The position numbers and the translations under genes were made by a program. A DNA stretch of 64,000 nt from NCBI GenBank assembly GCA_951406725.2, contig OX597817.1, forward strand, positions 87,792,001-87,856,000. Direction: 5' to 3'. Of the stretch, positions 12,583 through 26,651 are shown in pieces. Position 1 is the first letter of the stretch, and every line of letters begins with the position of its first letter. The notes under the pieces are model-generated. The model made no database searches, had not been told where the DNA came from, and was given only the letters and a program-made list of their open reading frames with translations. The DNA comes from Octopus vulgaris. Its lineage: Eukaryota.

Positions 12583-14539
12583 ATAGGTTTATCATCATCA
12601 CCAGCATTATCTGTAATATATATATATATATATAAGGTATCATAAAGAAAAATGTGTATTATTACTATTGTAATCATTTGACCAGCAGCACATTTACAAA
12701 ATTGTGAAATTATAATTGTTGAAACTTAATAATTAGCTTGCAACAGATAGAAGCATAAGAAAGAAGGGAAAAGACGACACGATAATAACACCACATCAGA
12801 TTATGGATAATTTCAAAAGTTATTTATAGCTAATATATTGATGCCATGACAACAATTGAAGATTCAAAACTAGACAATGTATACTTCCAGGATTAATTCA
12901 TGAATATATTTAAAAATAAAATTTCTGGTTTTCATAGACTTATAGATTTTCCTCAGTTGCTGACCATTGTTATTAAGTAGAATTGTCATTATAGCCACAA
13001 AAACTCTTTGAGATAAGTACAAAAAACTCTCATTGCAATTCTTAACACTTAAAATCTCTTGCAACTTGCAACCATTTCACAGTGGTAGTGAGATTTTAAA
13101 CTTATGTACATGGGTAGCAATGGAAACCTTTGCAGAGATTTCTCAGACAACCAGGTATTGTTGTAATTTATGGAGAGAGAAGCCTTTTTTTTTTTTCTTC
13201 TTCTGTTGTCAACATTAGAAGAACATTAAGAAAGTATGCCTGACAATTGGTGGCTTACCAAATGTTTTCAGCTGCTGTTGTGTATTGTTGTGTAGGCCCA
13301 ATTCAGTTGTAATTATACAGACCTATGACCAAAGACATTTCAGCTGTTACAATATTTTCCATATTTTATTCAGATAAAATAGGTGCAGGAATGGCTTTGT
13401 GGCTGGGAAGCTTGCTTCCTAATTATATGGTTTCAGGTTCAGTCCCATTGTGTGGCACCTTGGGTAAGCATCTTGTTTATAGACAGGGGCTGACCAAAGC
13501 CTTGTTAGAAGTGGGGTTGTGTGTGTGGTGGTGGTGGTGGTGATTTGGGCTAATATTCCTTTGCTTGAAAACAAGTGAGAGTTGGCAACATGAAGAGCAT
13601 CTGGCCATAGAAAATACGCTTCAACAGATTCCATCAAACACATGCAAGCATTGAAAGAGTGGACATTAAATGATGACTATCTACAATTATCCGGTGTGGC
13701 CTTATCCTTTTAATGTGGTAGAATGCATTATAAATAAGATTTGGTTACTAGTTTTAGCAAGTCAATGTGTCATGTTGAATTTTCCTTTGTTTTTACAATA
13801 TGGTGAAAAGAAGTAGGTTTCCTATGTTATCACTATGATTCTACAAGTTGATAGGACTTGGAAAATATGACAACTCTGTTGAAGCTGAAGTCCAATTCAT
13901 GAAATTTGACTTCACAATTCTTTAATATTTTATAGCTTCTCTGGTTTTGTAGGGCTGACTACAGGCAAGTTCTTTCCTATCTACAATCCCTCTATTTACG
14001 GCATGTAAACTGAGCTGTGATATTTATAAATAAACTTTAAAGATGCCATAAGGCATGAGAATAATCTTTAAATTGGTTTCAAATTTTGGCTTAAGACCAG
14101 TAATTTTAGGGAAGAGTAAGTTGATTACATCTACCCCAGCACTCAACTTGTATTTGTTTTATCAACCCAGAAAGAATGAAAGACAAAGTCAACTTCTGCA
14201 GAATTTGAACTCGGAACATAAAGATGGACTAAATGCCGCTAAACATTTTGCACAGTGTACTAATGATTTTGCCACCTTAAGAATAGTCAGTAAATTTAAT
14301 GCAGAGAGCAATAAACAAGCCAACTAGAAATACAGAATAGGGAAGTACAAGAGAATATGTTTCTATATTATTGTGACCTCATTAGTAAGGAACAGACTTC
14401 ACTATACTTGTTGAAGTAATGATGTGAGAATCACTGACTTAATGTACATGATACAGTTCATGTTTTGAAGCTGATTTACTATAAAAAAGCCAAGGTTTCC
14501 AAAGTCATTTCTTAGTTGTCTCTCTTACGGTACACAGTG

Positions 14540-14570
14540 CTGATGATAGCCAAGAAGTTAGAAATGCATT
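14540..14570 (+). ncRNA. Hammerhead-like catalytic core, stem I degenerate
   Basis: CTGATGA-TAGC-caagaa-GTTA-GAA-ATGCAT-T: stem II pairs, palindromic stem III, UH site; flanks pair poorly. Confidence 0.35.
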
Positions 14571-17500
14571 CCCTACTCTGCCAGAGGGCATCTTGAAATG
14601 ACTGTTGGTGTTTAACATTTATTGCCTAAAGCCATAATTCTTCTTAACAGCAAGCGGCAGTGAATACAACCTTTGTACAGGTCTGATAACCCAGACATAT
14701 TTGGACTACTCTAAATGCTTGTTTACTCACAACACCACTTCCACGTGCCTACTACAATATCATGTCCAAATAATTAAACTAATATTGCTTCTCACTCAGC
14801 ATATAGCTGCTTCTGATTACCTTTATAATGCTCCCTGTATTAAATATGTTAACATTAACTGAATTAATGATGTTTATAAAGTTCAAACTACTTCCTATCC
14901 ATTAAGCTTTGAATGGTTATCATTGACTCACAACCTTTCAAAGCTCAACAGCTGAGAGAGAGTTTTTAACAAATGTCCTTTTATCCTTTGAGGATATGAA
15001 TTAGAGTAGAAATGATTGGTCTTACCTTTAGGCTGCTCAACATAATCAAACTAGACTTATTTAATTGCTAATTTGGCAATGGAATTCTGATGTTAAGGTT
15101 GCATATATATATATAGATTAATCATTATAATCATAACTCTAATAATCATTGTTGTGGTGGAATCACAGAATTGTTAAAACATTGGACAAAGTACAATTTG
15201 GGTTTTGTTTGTGTCTCTTTATTTCCCAGTTCAAGTTCTACTGTGTCAATTTTATCTTTAACAGCTCTAGAATAGATAAAATAACTTCTGGTTAAGTATT
15301 ATAGTTAATTTCATCAACTGTACCTTCCTTCTAAATTGTGTGATCTTGTACATATATTACAATTCATTATTGTGATCATTAGCAGCTGTATTTTCCGCCT
15401 CTTTAAAAAGATTAGATCATTGCTCTAAATTTATTACCTAGTTTGTAGCCACGGCCTTATTAACTCCAGCTTCTGTAGCTGCACTAAATTTATTATCTGC
15501 TTTATAACCTACAACTTTGTGAGTTCAAGCATCAGTTACTGCACACATTCACATCCATATAGTAATATTCATTTAGCAGCTAATGATGGAAATGTATATT
15601 TGATATGCTTGTTAGTGAATCTTTTATGTCTTGGGATCTCGTTATTCTGAATTGTCCTCCATTCTCATAAAACTGGAAGTGTTTGTGGATTGGATTCAAG
15701 GTCTATGGTGATTACTTATATTGATATTGGTTGATTTACTTCTTAGATAAATAATTTTATTAGGTTTAGATAATGCCTCCATAATGGTTTCCAGTTTTGG
15801 GAGGTTCTGTTACATATATACACATATGCATATATATATATATATGTGTGTCTGTCTCTCTGTATGTAAGTGTGCTGTGCTTGTATCATTTAATAAACTT
15901 AGTCCTCTGTTTTCAAATAATACCAAGAGCTACTTCTTTTGTTGTTATGTGGTTTGTTATATAATATTTAGTGAGCTGTCAAAATCGTTAACATGCCAAA
16001 CAAAATGCTTAGCAGCATTTCATCTATCTTTGCATTCTGAGTTAAAATTCCACTGAGGTCAAATTTGCTTTTCATCCTTTTGGAGTTGATGAAATAAGTA
16101 TCAGTCAAGTATTGGGGTCAATGTAATCAACTAGCCCCATCCTCTACCAAAATTTTAGACCTTATGTTGTTACTAGAGTAGAAAAGAAAAGGCAGCTTAA
16201 TCAAACTCCCTTATACACCAAATGAGTCAACAGGCATGACAAAGGCACATACAGAAGTGGTGATGTGAAACACCCCAGACTGGGGATATCAGTAAAACTA
16301 CAGTGGTGTTCCAGCATGACCACAGCTATATGGCTGAAACAAGTAAAAAAGTGTGTGTGTGTGTATATATTTATACACACACATGCATACATGCATATAT
16401 GCATATCAAGAAGTGAAGTTGTCAATATCTTTATAAAATTTTAATGCCTTAATGTAACTGTTAGAGTTGGCACTTCACTCTCATAATGTATTCTCTATAT
16501 TTTTTGAAAGAAAAAAAGAAAAACTAGGTACCTGAGGGGCATTTATTACCAGATATGTCATTGTTAGGGATGTGGGAGAAGGTATTCTAGTGAGGATACT
16601 AACAATGTCACAGTTTTGGTGATATAATAATATTGCTAATGATATTACTGTTTAACATCCATTTTCCATGCTGGCATTAGTTGGGCAGTTTGAGAGGTAC
16701 CAACAAATCAGAGGTCTGCACTGCAGTCCAATGTCTGCTTTGGCATGGTTTCTATGCCCTGCCTAATGCCAACCACCTTACAGAGTGTGTAGAATGCTTT
16801 TCTATGGCACCAGCACTAGTTAGGTTACCAAATAACTTGCAAGACATGACCTCTCAACTGAATGGAGCTATATTATTGAGGGGAGTGGCTTTATATCAGG
16901 TGTTTAGAGGTTAAAGAATGAGAGAGGGTGGCAGGGACAGTTTCCTTATTGAAGAGAGGATACATGACTTCCCTATTTGAAAAGAAAAAAGAGATGGTGG
17001 GGATGTACCCTCAAGGTACAAGGTGAACACAAGAGAGGAGGCAATTAATGGTTTCTAGCCCCTAAGCACAAGGCCTGAGATTTTGAGAAAAGAGTTGGAA
17101 GAAATAATACAAAGCATTTTTCTGATGTTGTAACAATCATGCCAATCCACTGTTGTGTTATAAATTGTAATATAGGCATGTGATCAGCCATTTGGTGGGA
17201 TGGAAGCTGACCCACTTACATGACTAGTATTTTATTTTATCAGCCTTCCTCCTTCCCTCAGGAGGGGTGAGCAGCAAAGTTGATTTCAGCTGGATTTGAA
17301 CTCTGTGTGTAAACTCTCAGGAGAAATACTACAAAACATCATGTCTGATGCTCTAATGATTCTGCCTCTCCACCATCCTTATGCAGAACCACTCTCAGTA
17401 TAGGAGTGGTATTGTATTTATTGACCCCAGAAGGATATATGACGGAGTTGAACTCAAAATGTAAAGAGTTGGAACAAATATTGCCTGGCATTTTATTGGC

Positions 17501-18404
17501 TATAATAATAACAATAATAATAATAATAATAATAATAAAAAATCCTTTCTGTTATAGGCACAAGGCCTGAAATTTAGAGGAAGGGGATAGTCAGTTACAT
17601 TCACCCCATTGCAAAACTGGTACTTATTTTATTGACTTTGAAAGGACGAAAGACAAAGTCAGCCTTAGTGGAATTTGGACATGCTAACAATTGTACCAGC
17701 TAATAATAATAATAATAATGATAATGATGATGATTTCAAATTTTTTGTCACAAGACCAGAAAGTTCAAAGGAGTTGGTAAGTCGATTATATCAACCCCAG
17801 TACTCAACTGGTACTTCTTTTATTGACCCTGAAAGGATGAAAGGCAAAGTGGACTTTGGTGTAATTTGAACTCAGAATGCAAAGACAGATGAAATGTCAC
17901 AAATCATTTTGCCTGGTATGCTAACAATTCTGTCAGCTCACAAGTACAGAGCTATAAATTTGTGTGAAAAGATATAATAGATTAAATAGATCATCCCCTC
18001 CACCATTATTTTACTGGTATTTATTTCATTATCAACCCTGGGTGGATGATATGCAGCTGACTTTGGCAAGATTTGAACACAGAATGTGAGGTACATTGCT
18101 AAATATTACAAGTAACTTGGTGCATGCTCCACCCAATTCTTCCACTCCACTATCATATGGTGTTGATGTCAGTGGTGGTAGTGATGATGATGATGACTAA
18201 ACATTGAAATAATAATTAATTGTGTAGTGAGGAGACATGTCTGTGAGATGAAAGGAACCAGTCAGTCTGATATTGTGGAAGAAGTAGTGAGAAAGAATGT
18301 GAAATATTTGTAAAGGTTTTGCTTAATGCCATTAGAAACAGATCGATATTTGTTTTGTTTGTTTGGCTAAGGAAATACTTCACTTCTGCAATACCTGCAC
18401 CTAG

Positions 18405-18935
18405 AAACACCTCTGCACTGCAATAGCTGCACATATAAACAGTTTTGCACTGTAATAGATTCAGATATAAACACCTTTATGCTGCAGTGATACATGTATA
18501 AGCACCTTTGCACTGCAGTGATGCATATATACAATTAATTTCTCATTGTAACAGATGCGGGTGTAAATACTTTTGCACTACAATAGGTGCACATATAAAC
18601 ACCTTTGCACAGCAATGATGCACATATGAACACTTTTACACTGCAATAGATGCAAGTAGAAACACATTTGTCCTGCAATAAGTGCACATAAAAACACCTT
18701 TGCACTGCAATGATGCATGTATAAACACTTTTCACTGCAATAGATGCAGATATAAATACCTTTGCACTGAAGTGGTGTATTTGTTAACATCTGTACTGCA
18801 ATGGTGCATATATAAACACTTTTGCACTGAAATAAATGCATATATAAACACCTTTTCACTGCAATAGCTGCATGTATTAACATCATTTTATTGCATTACA
18901 TGTACATAAAACACTTTTACACTAGAATAGCTCCA
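18405..18935. repeat. Minisatellite, about 32-bp unit, about 16 diverged copies
   Basis: Consensus approx. TTTGCACTGCAATAGATGCACATATAAACACC; explains ORFs 18535-18886. Confidence 0.9.
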
Positions 18936-18980
18936 CCTGTCAGTAATAAATATCTCTTAAAATGTATTTTTATTTCAGTG

Positions 18981-19185
18981 TTAACCTGTTTGATACAAAC
19001 CTGCCTCAGACCACTCCTGGTTCTATAACATAAACATTCTCTTTTAAAATGAATTAATTTAAAATCTTCCATCAAAATTTCATGCTAATTCACTTAACAC
19101 AAGCTTAATAATAATGGTTATTTCACTAAATTCTTAATTATTTCCAAAATGAATTGAGTGTATTTCATCAGAACAAAATGGTTAA
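18981..19185. mobile_element. TTAA-flanked (piggyBac-like) MITE, decayed
   Basis: TTAACCTGTTTG ... AAAATGGTTAA; related in reverse orientation to 57101-57322. Confidence 0.55.
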
Positions 19186-19374
19186 TATATAGAATTATTA
19201 AGAGCCATTTTTCTGTTACACTTGTTTATAACACACCCATACACACACACACATTTATATATTTGCATGCAACCATGTTGTACATTTGTGCTGAAATAGA
19301 GTTCCACTGAGTTAATCAATGTTTCACTGCTTCACTAGATTTCCAACAGTGACAATGATAAGAAAGAAGTGTCT

Positions 19375-19740
19375 GTCAGCTCAATATATATGGAAAAGCA
19401 TCTCCATATGTTTTCCAACTAGATTCAATGTGTGCAAGTCCCAGGTCTGTATGGGTGTGAGAGCTGACATGCAATGAAGAATCCAGGCATTTCAGTATGA
19501 GTGCTTGAGAATTCTGCTTCACATCCCATACACAAAGTACAAAAGAAACAGCTTTGTCAGGCACCAAATGAACAAATATGCTGGCAGACAGGAACCGTTC
19601 CTTGTGCAGTTGAAAATACAAAAGCTTGCCTGGTACAGTCATGTATCTGCCACAACTCCCTGTCCAAAACCATCTTTCAGGTAATAGTTGAGGGAGGGCA
19701 AAAGAGAGGCAAAAATGTGTAACAGAGACCAGTGTCAACA
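19375..19740 (+). mobile_element. RTE-clade LINE 3' fragment, decayed
   Basis: Remnants of ESWT..IQAF..CLRILL.I...HNSLSKTIFQ..VEGGQKRG across frames. Confidence 0.65.
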
Positions 19741-20514
19741 ACTGACTGCAAAGTGTCTAGAATGGACCCCAGACTCACCACATTAGTTAAAGGGAACATG
19801 ATGATGGTGATAATGTGTATATATATATCATCATCGTCAGTGTTGTCGTTCAACGTCCACTTTCCATGCTGACATGGGTTGGACAGTTTGACATGGAGCT
19901 GAATAGCAGAGAGCTGTCCAGACTCCAGCTGTCTGTTGAGGCATTCTTTCTACAGCTGGATGCTCTTCCTAACGCCAACTATTTAACTGAGTGTGCTGGA
20001 TGCTTTTTACATACCAGCAGCACATACACACACAGGCACACACACATATGTTGATTAAAATAGAAAATGAAAAAGCAAAACACTTGACATCACTCAAAGA
20101 AACATTTAATTGCAATAGAGAATATAAACATAGTGCAGAGTAGTTATGATAAAAAGAGAGAGTCTCTCACAGCTTTTTCTAGAATAGCCAAATATGTGGA
20201 TTATGATATTGTGTAAGGATTCCATAAGCTAAGTATGCTGTCATCAGAGAGAGAGAGAGAGAGAGAGGTCAGAAAATATAGAAATGAATACCCCCAATCA
20301 AAGATATTAGTACTTTCCAAAAATTGAAGGAAGGATTGGAATGAAAAGTATATGTGTTTGGTAGTTCTTTGATCAAATAAATAATAAAGTTATTGCTAAA
20401 GACAATTAGCAGTCTCATAGGTGAAGATTCGATGATAAGCCATGGCAAAGGATAATGGAAACTACTAGTTTCATTTTTGAATGTGTGTGTGTGTGTGTGT
20501 GTAAAAGAAAACCG

Positions 20515-20830
20515 CAATGTCATAGGAGAGAAATGTATCTGCATGGATGATGGCTCACTTGCATTTAATGAGGCTGCAAAGAAAGAGACTTGGAGATGCC
20601 ACTATGAATGGTTGCTAAATGAAAACAATGAATGGGAGAAAGAGAGTTTGCCAAATGTTGACTCAACTGAAGGACCAGCTATCTGAATTGACAGTACTTT
20701 GGTAGATAAAGCAATTAAGGGTATGAAGACAGGGAAAGCCCCTAGCCCATGAAAAATCACCATACAGATGCTTAAAATATCTGGCAATGTAAGTTATAGT
20801 CTATAGTTAACCAGGTGATACACACAGAAG
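20515..20830 (+). mobile_element. RTE-clade LINE internal fragment
   Basis: EKCICMDDGSLAFNEAAKKETWRCHYEWLLNENNEWEKESLP...MKTGKAP; homologous to minus-strand 39600-39840. Confidence 0.8.
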
Positions 20831-23104
20831 TCGTACACAAGTGTAGCCAATGCATGTGCCACCTGACTGGCACCTGTGCCAGTGACATGTAATAAGCACC
20901 CACTACATTCTCAGAGTGGTTGGTGTTAGGAAAGGTGTCAAACAGTAGAAACCTTGCCAAATCAGATTTGAGCCTGGTGCAGCCTCCCGGCTTACCAGTT
21001 CTGTCAAACTGTCCAACCCATGCCAGCATGGAAAGTGGACATGAATCGACAATGATGATATATGTATATGAATTTTCTCAATACATCTCATTTACCAACC
21101 ATTTTGATGAGTTCTTCAGAATTGATTCTCTCTTTGAGCTCCATTTGTTTGCATGTGATCAAGGTCCCTTTTTCTTAAGACTAACAGATAATAATATAAA
21201 GACAACTCCCAATCATATTGTCATCAGCATCATGGTTTTAATTTTTTTTTAATATACAGCTCTGTATGGGTTGTTTCTACTTCAGTCACTTCTCTTCAGT
21301 TCTCCGCTGCTATAACTACTTCATACCATATTTCCCTGAACTTAAAATAGTTCTGCTATACACATTTCTTTGTCCATTCCTAAGAATCAGTATTTCTAAC
21401 CAGCTTACCTACTTAAACCATCCCTTCCTCTACCATCCCTTCCTCTACCTTGTTATTGTTGTTTAGTTCTAGCTTAGCTCTAGTTAAGTAGATGTATGAA
21501 TGAAGCCAATCCAGTCTTGGCCAGCTCTTTCAATAAGATAATAGAGTGTAATTTACGGATGGGTTTACAGTTACTTCTAGCAAGTCAAATGACTACATAG
21601 AGGTGTCATTGTTGGACCGTCTGTTAGTTTATTGTATTTATTATTTTATCAAAATACTTTAGGTAGCAAGCTGGCAGATTATTAACACTCCAGAAAAAAA
21701 TACTTAGTGGCATTTCTTCCAGGTGGGTTCTGAGTTCAAATGCACCAAGGCCAACTTTGCTTTTCATCATTTCAGAAGCAATAAAATAAATACCAGTTCA
21801 GCACTGGACTTGATAAATGGTCTTTCTTCTCTCAAAATTCACTGGCCTTAAAAGGTGGCAAGATGGCAGGATCATTAGCATGCCGGGGGAAAATGCTTAG
21901 CAGCATTTTGTCTGTCTCCACATCCTGAGTTCAACTTCTACTGATGTTGATTTGTCTTTCATCCTTTCAGGGTCGATAAAATAAGTACCATTTGAGGGTG
22001 ATGCAATCAACTAACACCCCTGTCTCTCTCAAAATTGCTGGCCTTGTGTCAAAATTTGAAAGCATTTTATTAAAATACTTTGATTTTATTCTACTCTAGT
22101 AGTAATTTAAGTAGAAGTAAAATTGGAACTGCCAACAAACTGGAGCTTTTTTATCTCAACTAAGCCTTGGACAAGATTGGTAAAAGTAGACCACTCATTA
22201 TTGCTTATTACTCTTTTACTCTTTTACTTATTTCAGTCATTTGACTGCGGCCATGCTGGAGCACTGCCTGTAGTCGAGCAAATCGACCCCAGGACGTATT
22301 CTTTGTAAGCCTAGTACTTAATCTCTCTATTACTCAGTGATAGATTGATAAATTCTTTTTGTTAACTAACCACTTATTGATTAGTGATAATTAAGATAAT
22401 TATCTAACAAGTCAAAGAGTTATTATTTAGCTCAAGTCTAATCCCATCTGGTTTGTTTCTTATGAAATTAGACCAAATTTGTGTCTGGGTGAAATTTCCA
22501 TCAGTGTAATACAAATAATGAAATTGGTAGAGCCTGGAAGTTTAAAACCTCACATTCCGTCACTTATTCATTTGATTGCTGTCATCCTTAATTTCATTTG
22601 GAAAATTGATTACATTATATAAACCAAGAAGACTCTATAAAATAGCTTTGCCCAATTTTACTGGTTTCTTAATATAAAGGAATTGCTTGATTCAATTGAA
22701 TGACTGCAACTTTTGTCAGGGATTGAAACAGTCTTTGATAATCACAAAATTGCTTTTTCCTTTCTTTTAATCTGCTTCAGATAGGGGATTATTATTTTTT
22801 TTTTGTGGATGCATGTGTTTGCTTGTTTGTTTTTGGTTTTCTTTCTTTCCTCGTTCCATACATTATGGCAGGAAATAAATCTAATTACTGATTTGGTGTG
22901 TTTTGTGTGGAATTTAATGTTTTACATTGTATTTAATAGTTAAAGGAAAATAGAATATGTTGAGGCCAACAATACATTTTCAGATACCAATTCTCCTGGA
23001 GATTACACATTTAAATATATCATACCATTTGTAATTGGAAGTAACTACCTTCAGCAGTCCAGATAAATTTTATATATTAAGATTACTTGCACCTGTATTC
23101 TATA

Positions 23105-23143
<39 letters not shown>

Positions 23144-23547
23144 TTAGGGCATGTCTTTTTGACTTCTCTCATAGTGCTGTATGAACATTTAATGTGGTTT
23201 TAGAGTCAAGTTTTGGCTGCTATTTCCAGCATGGTGATATCTCTTACATACCCTAAATTATAATTTTAATAATAATTATTACCTTTGAAGGTTTTTATTC
23301 CCATGCTGGCCATTTGATAAGATTGATATTTAAATAACGATCTTATCCTTATTTATATAAATTTATATATTTATTTCATCATTATATTCACTGCAGTGAT
23401 ATTTTTTACCATATCGCATGAGGAGTTTTAGGTGGGCAATTTAAACTGGCCATGTGCATACGTGTATATATATGTATGTATACGTTTGTATATGTAAGTA
23501 TTTGTATGTTATATATATATATTTGTATTTATGTGCTATCTGTGTAT

Positions 23548-23605
23548 ATTCCACTGATGAGGCAAAGCATTTTTTATGCAGAGCCAGAAATTTGGGATCT
23601 GGAAT
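23548..23605 (+). ncRNA. Type-I hammerhead-like motif (best preserved in window)
   Basis: ATTCCA-CTGATGA-GGC(aaaGCATtttttATGCaga)GCC-A-GAAA-TTTGGGA-TC-TGGAAT: perfect 6-bp stem I, paired stem II, UC site; one extra A before GAAA and weak stem III. Confidence 0.55.
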
Positions 23606-25609
23606 TATCCAGTAATTTTTTTGCTAGTTTGAATATACTACCTTGAATATATCAAATCTTCACATGTTTGTTCCTCGATGTTGCTGTTGTTTTTTTTTGT
23701 TTTTTTGTACTGATTACACCATCCAATTATTATTCTTATGTGAAACTATTTCATTTCCTCTGTTTGAGAAAGATGAAAGAATCATAACTTCTCACTTTAT
23801 CTTCTAAAACTCTCAAGCCTCTCTTTTATTTATTTATGTTTTCCTTGAATAATTATTATTTCTCTCATTCATATAACTCCTAATCAAAATATCGACAGAC
23901 TTAAGCCACTATATCCAGCCTAGAAGATATCCTCTCCTACTTCTGCATGTCCTATTTATGAGAAGGATCTACTCTGAGAAATTGATAGTCATATGCAAAC
24001 TCTTTAATTTGATATCTTGAACATTCGTTAATACTGCATTAAGAAAAAAAAATTATATCTGTTCTTCAAAGATGAAAAACACTTCAGTAAATCTGTTGAG
24101 ATCAGCAGTCATATATGTAAGAGAGGAAACTGAAGTACAGTTTTTTATTTATTTATTTTTTTAGTTTACTTAAGAAACTAGATTGTTCGAACTAGCAGGA
24201 CATTTTCGTCCAAATCTCTATTTGGAAACATGTATTAGTTGTATACAGTACTTCAGAGTTTTGAAAACTCTCCAAGAGAACTGTAATGAAAGAAACAGAT
24301 CATTTAGAAAATCAAGAAATAGAATATACTGGGGAAAGATGATGATACTTTAAGATCAATATAAAAAAATAAAAAGCTGGTAAATACAGTGTTGCTTCTT
24401 AACTGTGTTTTCTGTTGGTTTTTATTTAATTTTTTTTGTCTAGATTTTTCAGCTATTGGTTTCTGCTACTATAACTGCCATTATCCATGTATTTTGTTGA
24501 TTATATTTACAAACTTTCAAGTTACAGTCAGTCTTTTATTAATGTCATGTTTTTTTGGGGTTTTTTGGTTTAAAAATAATATAAGAATTTATTCTTCTAA
24601 AGTAAAGAATTGGTTGAATAAGGTTGTGGAATTTCAGGAAAACTTGAATGAAGTATTGCTAACTAAGAAAAACATTTGCTAATTCTACAGTGTTACCGAG
24701 TGCCAACACAGTGAGGCATCCACCTGACTACTTCTGTTATTTAATTCATTCTTTTATGCTCCGATCGTCAAATTCCACCAAGATTGACTCTGTATCTTCT
24801 GCCTCTGGGGTTTGCCAAATATACTTTTTTTTATAATAATATATAGAATATGTATTTATCCTCTGCTCTAATGTGTTAAATAATCACTGATTTGAAATTC
24901 TTTCATCAGAATTATCTTGACTTTCTTTATATCAGATAAACAAGAAGCACTGAAACAGGTGTCAAGTAACCATTTAGTTTCTTAGGAATTATTAAAGAAA
25001 GGTAAAGGAAAAGATACTGTGAAGAGACACTGCCTTAAAAATTATAAAATGGTCAACAAAAGATTTAAAATACATAAGATTATATCTTATTAGAGAGGAG
25101 GCATTGTTGCATTCATGCTTTCCCTAAGTACAGAGTGAATAAGGAAGCTACCTCTGCGATGTATTCAGGGTTGCAAATTTAGTTTATTGTTATCTTAGAA
25201 CTTACTTTCTTGTGTGCACTATAAAGCCCATCTGATCTTGCTCTCTCCCTCTCTCTTCAGTATAAATATATATATCATCAAAAATACATATTAATATATA
25301 ACTCAGCAAAGATATCATCATCATCATCATCATCATCATCATATATATATATATGTTAATCTATTAAAATATATTTATATATAATATATGTATGCATTTT
25401 AATAAATTAATAAAGATATATATATATATATATATATTAATATAAATATTTTTGTATAAATTTCATCAAAGCTATTAATAGATTAAAATCTATAAATATT
25501 TATCACACCAAAGATATGTATCAGTAAATTAATGTATTTTGCATCAAAGACATAGATATAGATTAAAACATATATATACATAATGTAAATAGATAGATAG
25601 ATATAGATT

Positions 25610-25654
<45 letters not shown>

Positions 25655-25664
25655 CTCATGCAAG

Positions 25665-25704
<40 letters not shown>

Positions 25705-26129
25705 TATCTACTTCATTTTCAATGTCATACCATACCACCTTTTTCTCCAATTCTGACCTCCCCTTTCCCATCTGTACATCTCATTTTGCCAACAGCTTCC
25801 CCCTTCCTGACTCACACTTATCTTGTCAGCCTCTCCTCCAGCTGATACTTATGAACAACCACACCTCTACTACATCCATCATTCACTATATTTCCCTTAT
25901 CTCCATCCCTATCCACCTGCCACACTCCTTCACAGTCCCATGAACTCACTCACCCATACCACTTCTTTTATATTCACCTTCTTGTAAGTTGAGCATGTGC
26001 TTTGTCACTTCTTGACCACCATCTTCTTTCTTTTTCAATTGAGGTTACCATATATCTCCCTACTAACCTCTTATCACCTGGCATAAAGCCTCCTCTTTCA
26101 ATACTACTCTCCCTCAGCTGAAGAGTAGG

Positions 26130-26613
26130 GGCCTTGTGAGTTCATTGGTGTCCTCACTAGTGGTCAGTGCCATATGGAAAGCATTCAGTACACTCTGTAT
26201 AATATGTGGCATTAGGAAATGGCATCTAGGTGTGAAAACTATGCCAAGGCAGATGTTGTAGTTTGGTGCAGTCCTTTAGTTTACAATCCAACCCATGCCA
26301 GCATGGAAAGCAGATGCCAAATAATAATAGTGATGGGGATGTATTCACACACACAGACACACACACACACACAAGTGAGGCCAAGTGAGACTCTAATTGT
26401 GACTGATGCCAGTGTCAGGTCATTGGCACTCATGCTGGTGGCACGTAAAAATCACCCACTACGCTCTCGGAGTGGTTGGCATTAGGAAGGGCATCCAGCC
26501 ATAGAAACCTTGCCAAATTCAGATCAGAACCTGGTGCAACCCCCATCAGCTTACCAGTTTCCAGTCAAACCGTCCAACCCATGCCAGATATTAAATGATG
26601 ATGATGATGATGA

Positions 26614-26620
<7 letters not shown>
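26130..26620 (+). mobile_element. Two tandem copies of RTE-related short element (family 3, (GAT)n tail)
   Basis: gtggttggcattaggaagggcatccagc..tagaaac...ccaacccatgccagcatggaa...gatgatgat; other copies at about 16650(-), 19830(-), 20850, 26990(-), 33583(-), 35440, 37800(-), 48900(-), 58330(-), 60300. Confidence 0.8.

Positions 26621-26651
<31 letters not shown>

Noticed and set aside
18405-18935. Regular ~32-bp repeats as a possible CRISPR array
   Set aside because: Units are contiguous and diverged with no unique spacers, no cas genes, eukaryotic intron
24183-24353. Short + frame LETCISCIQYFRVLKT...RIYWG faintly resembling the TBC1D32 segment expected after exon F (recalled CVQYF)
   Set aside because: Out of gene order, the strong upstream acceptor leads to an immediate stop in that frame, no convincing donor; most likely chance. 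TBLASTN with mollusc TBC1D32 would settle it.
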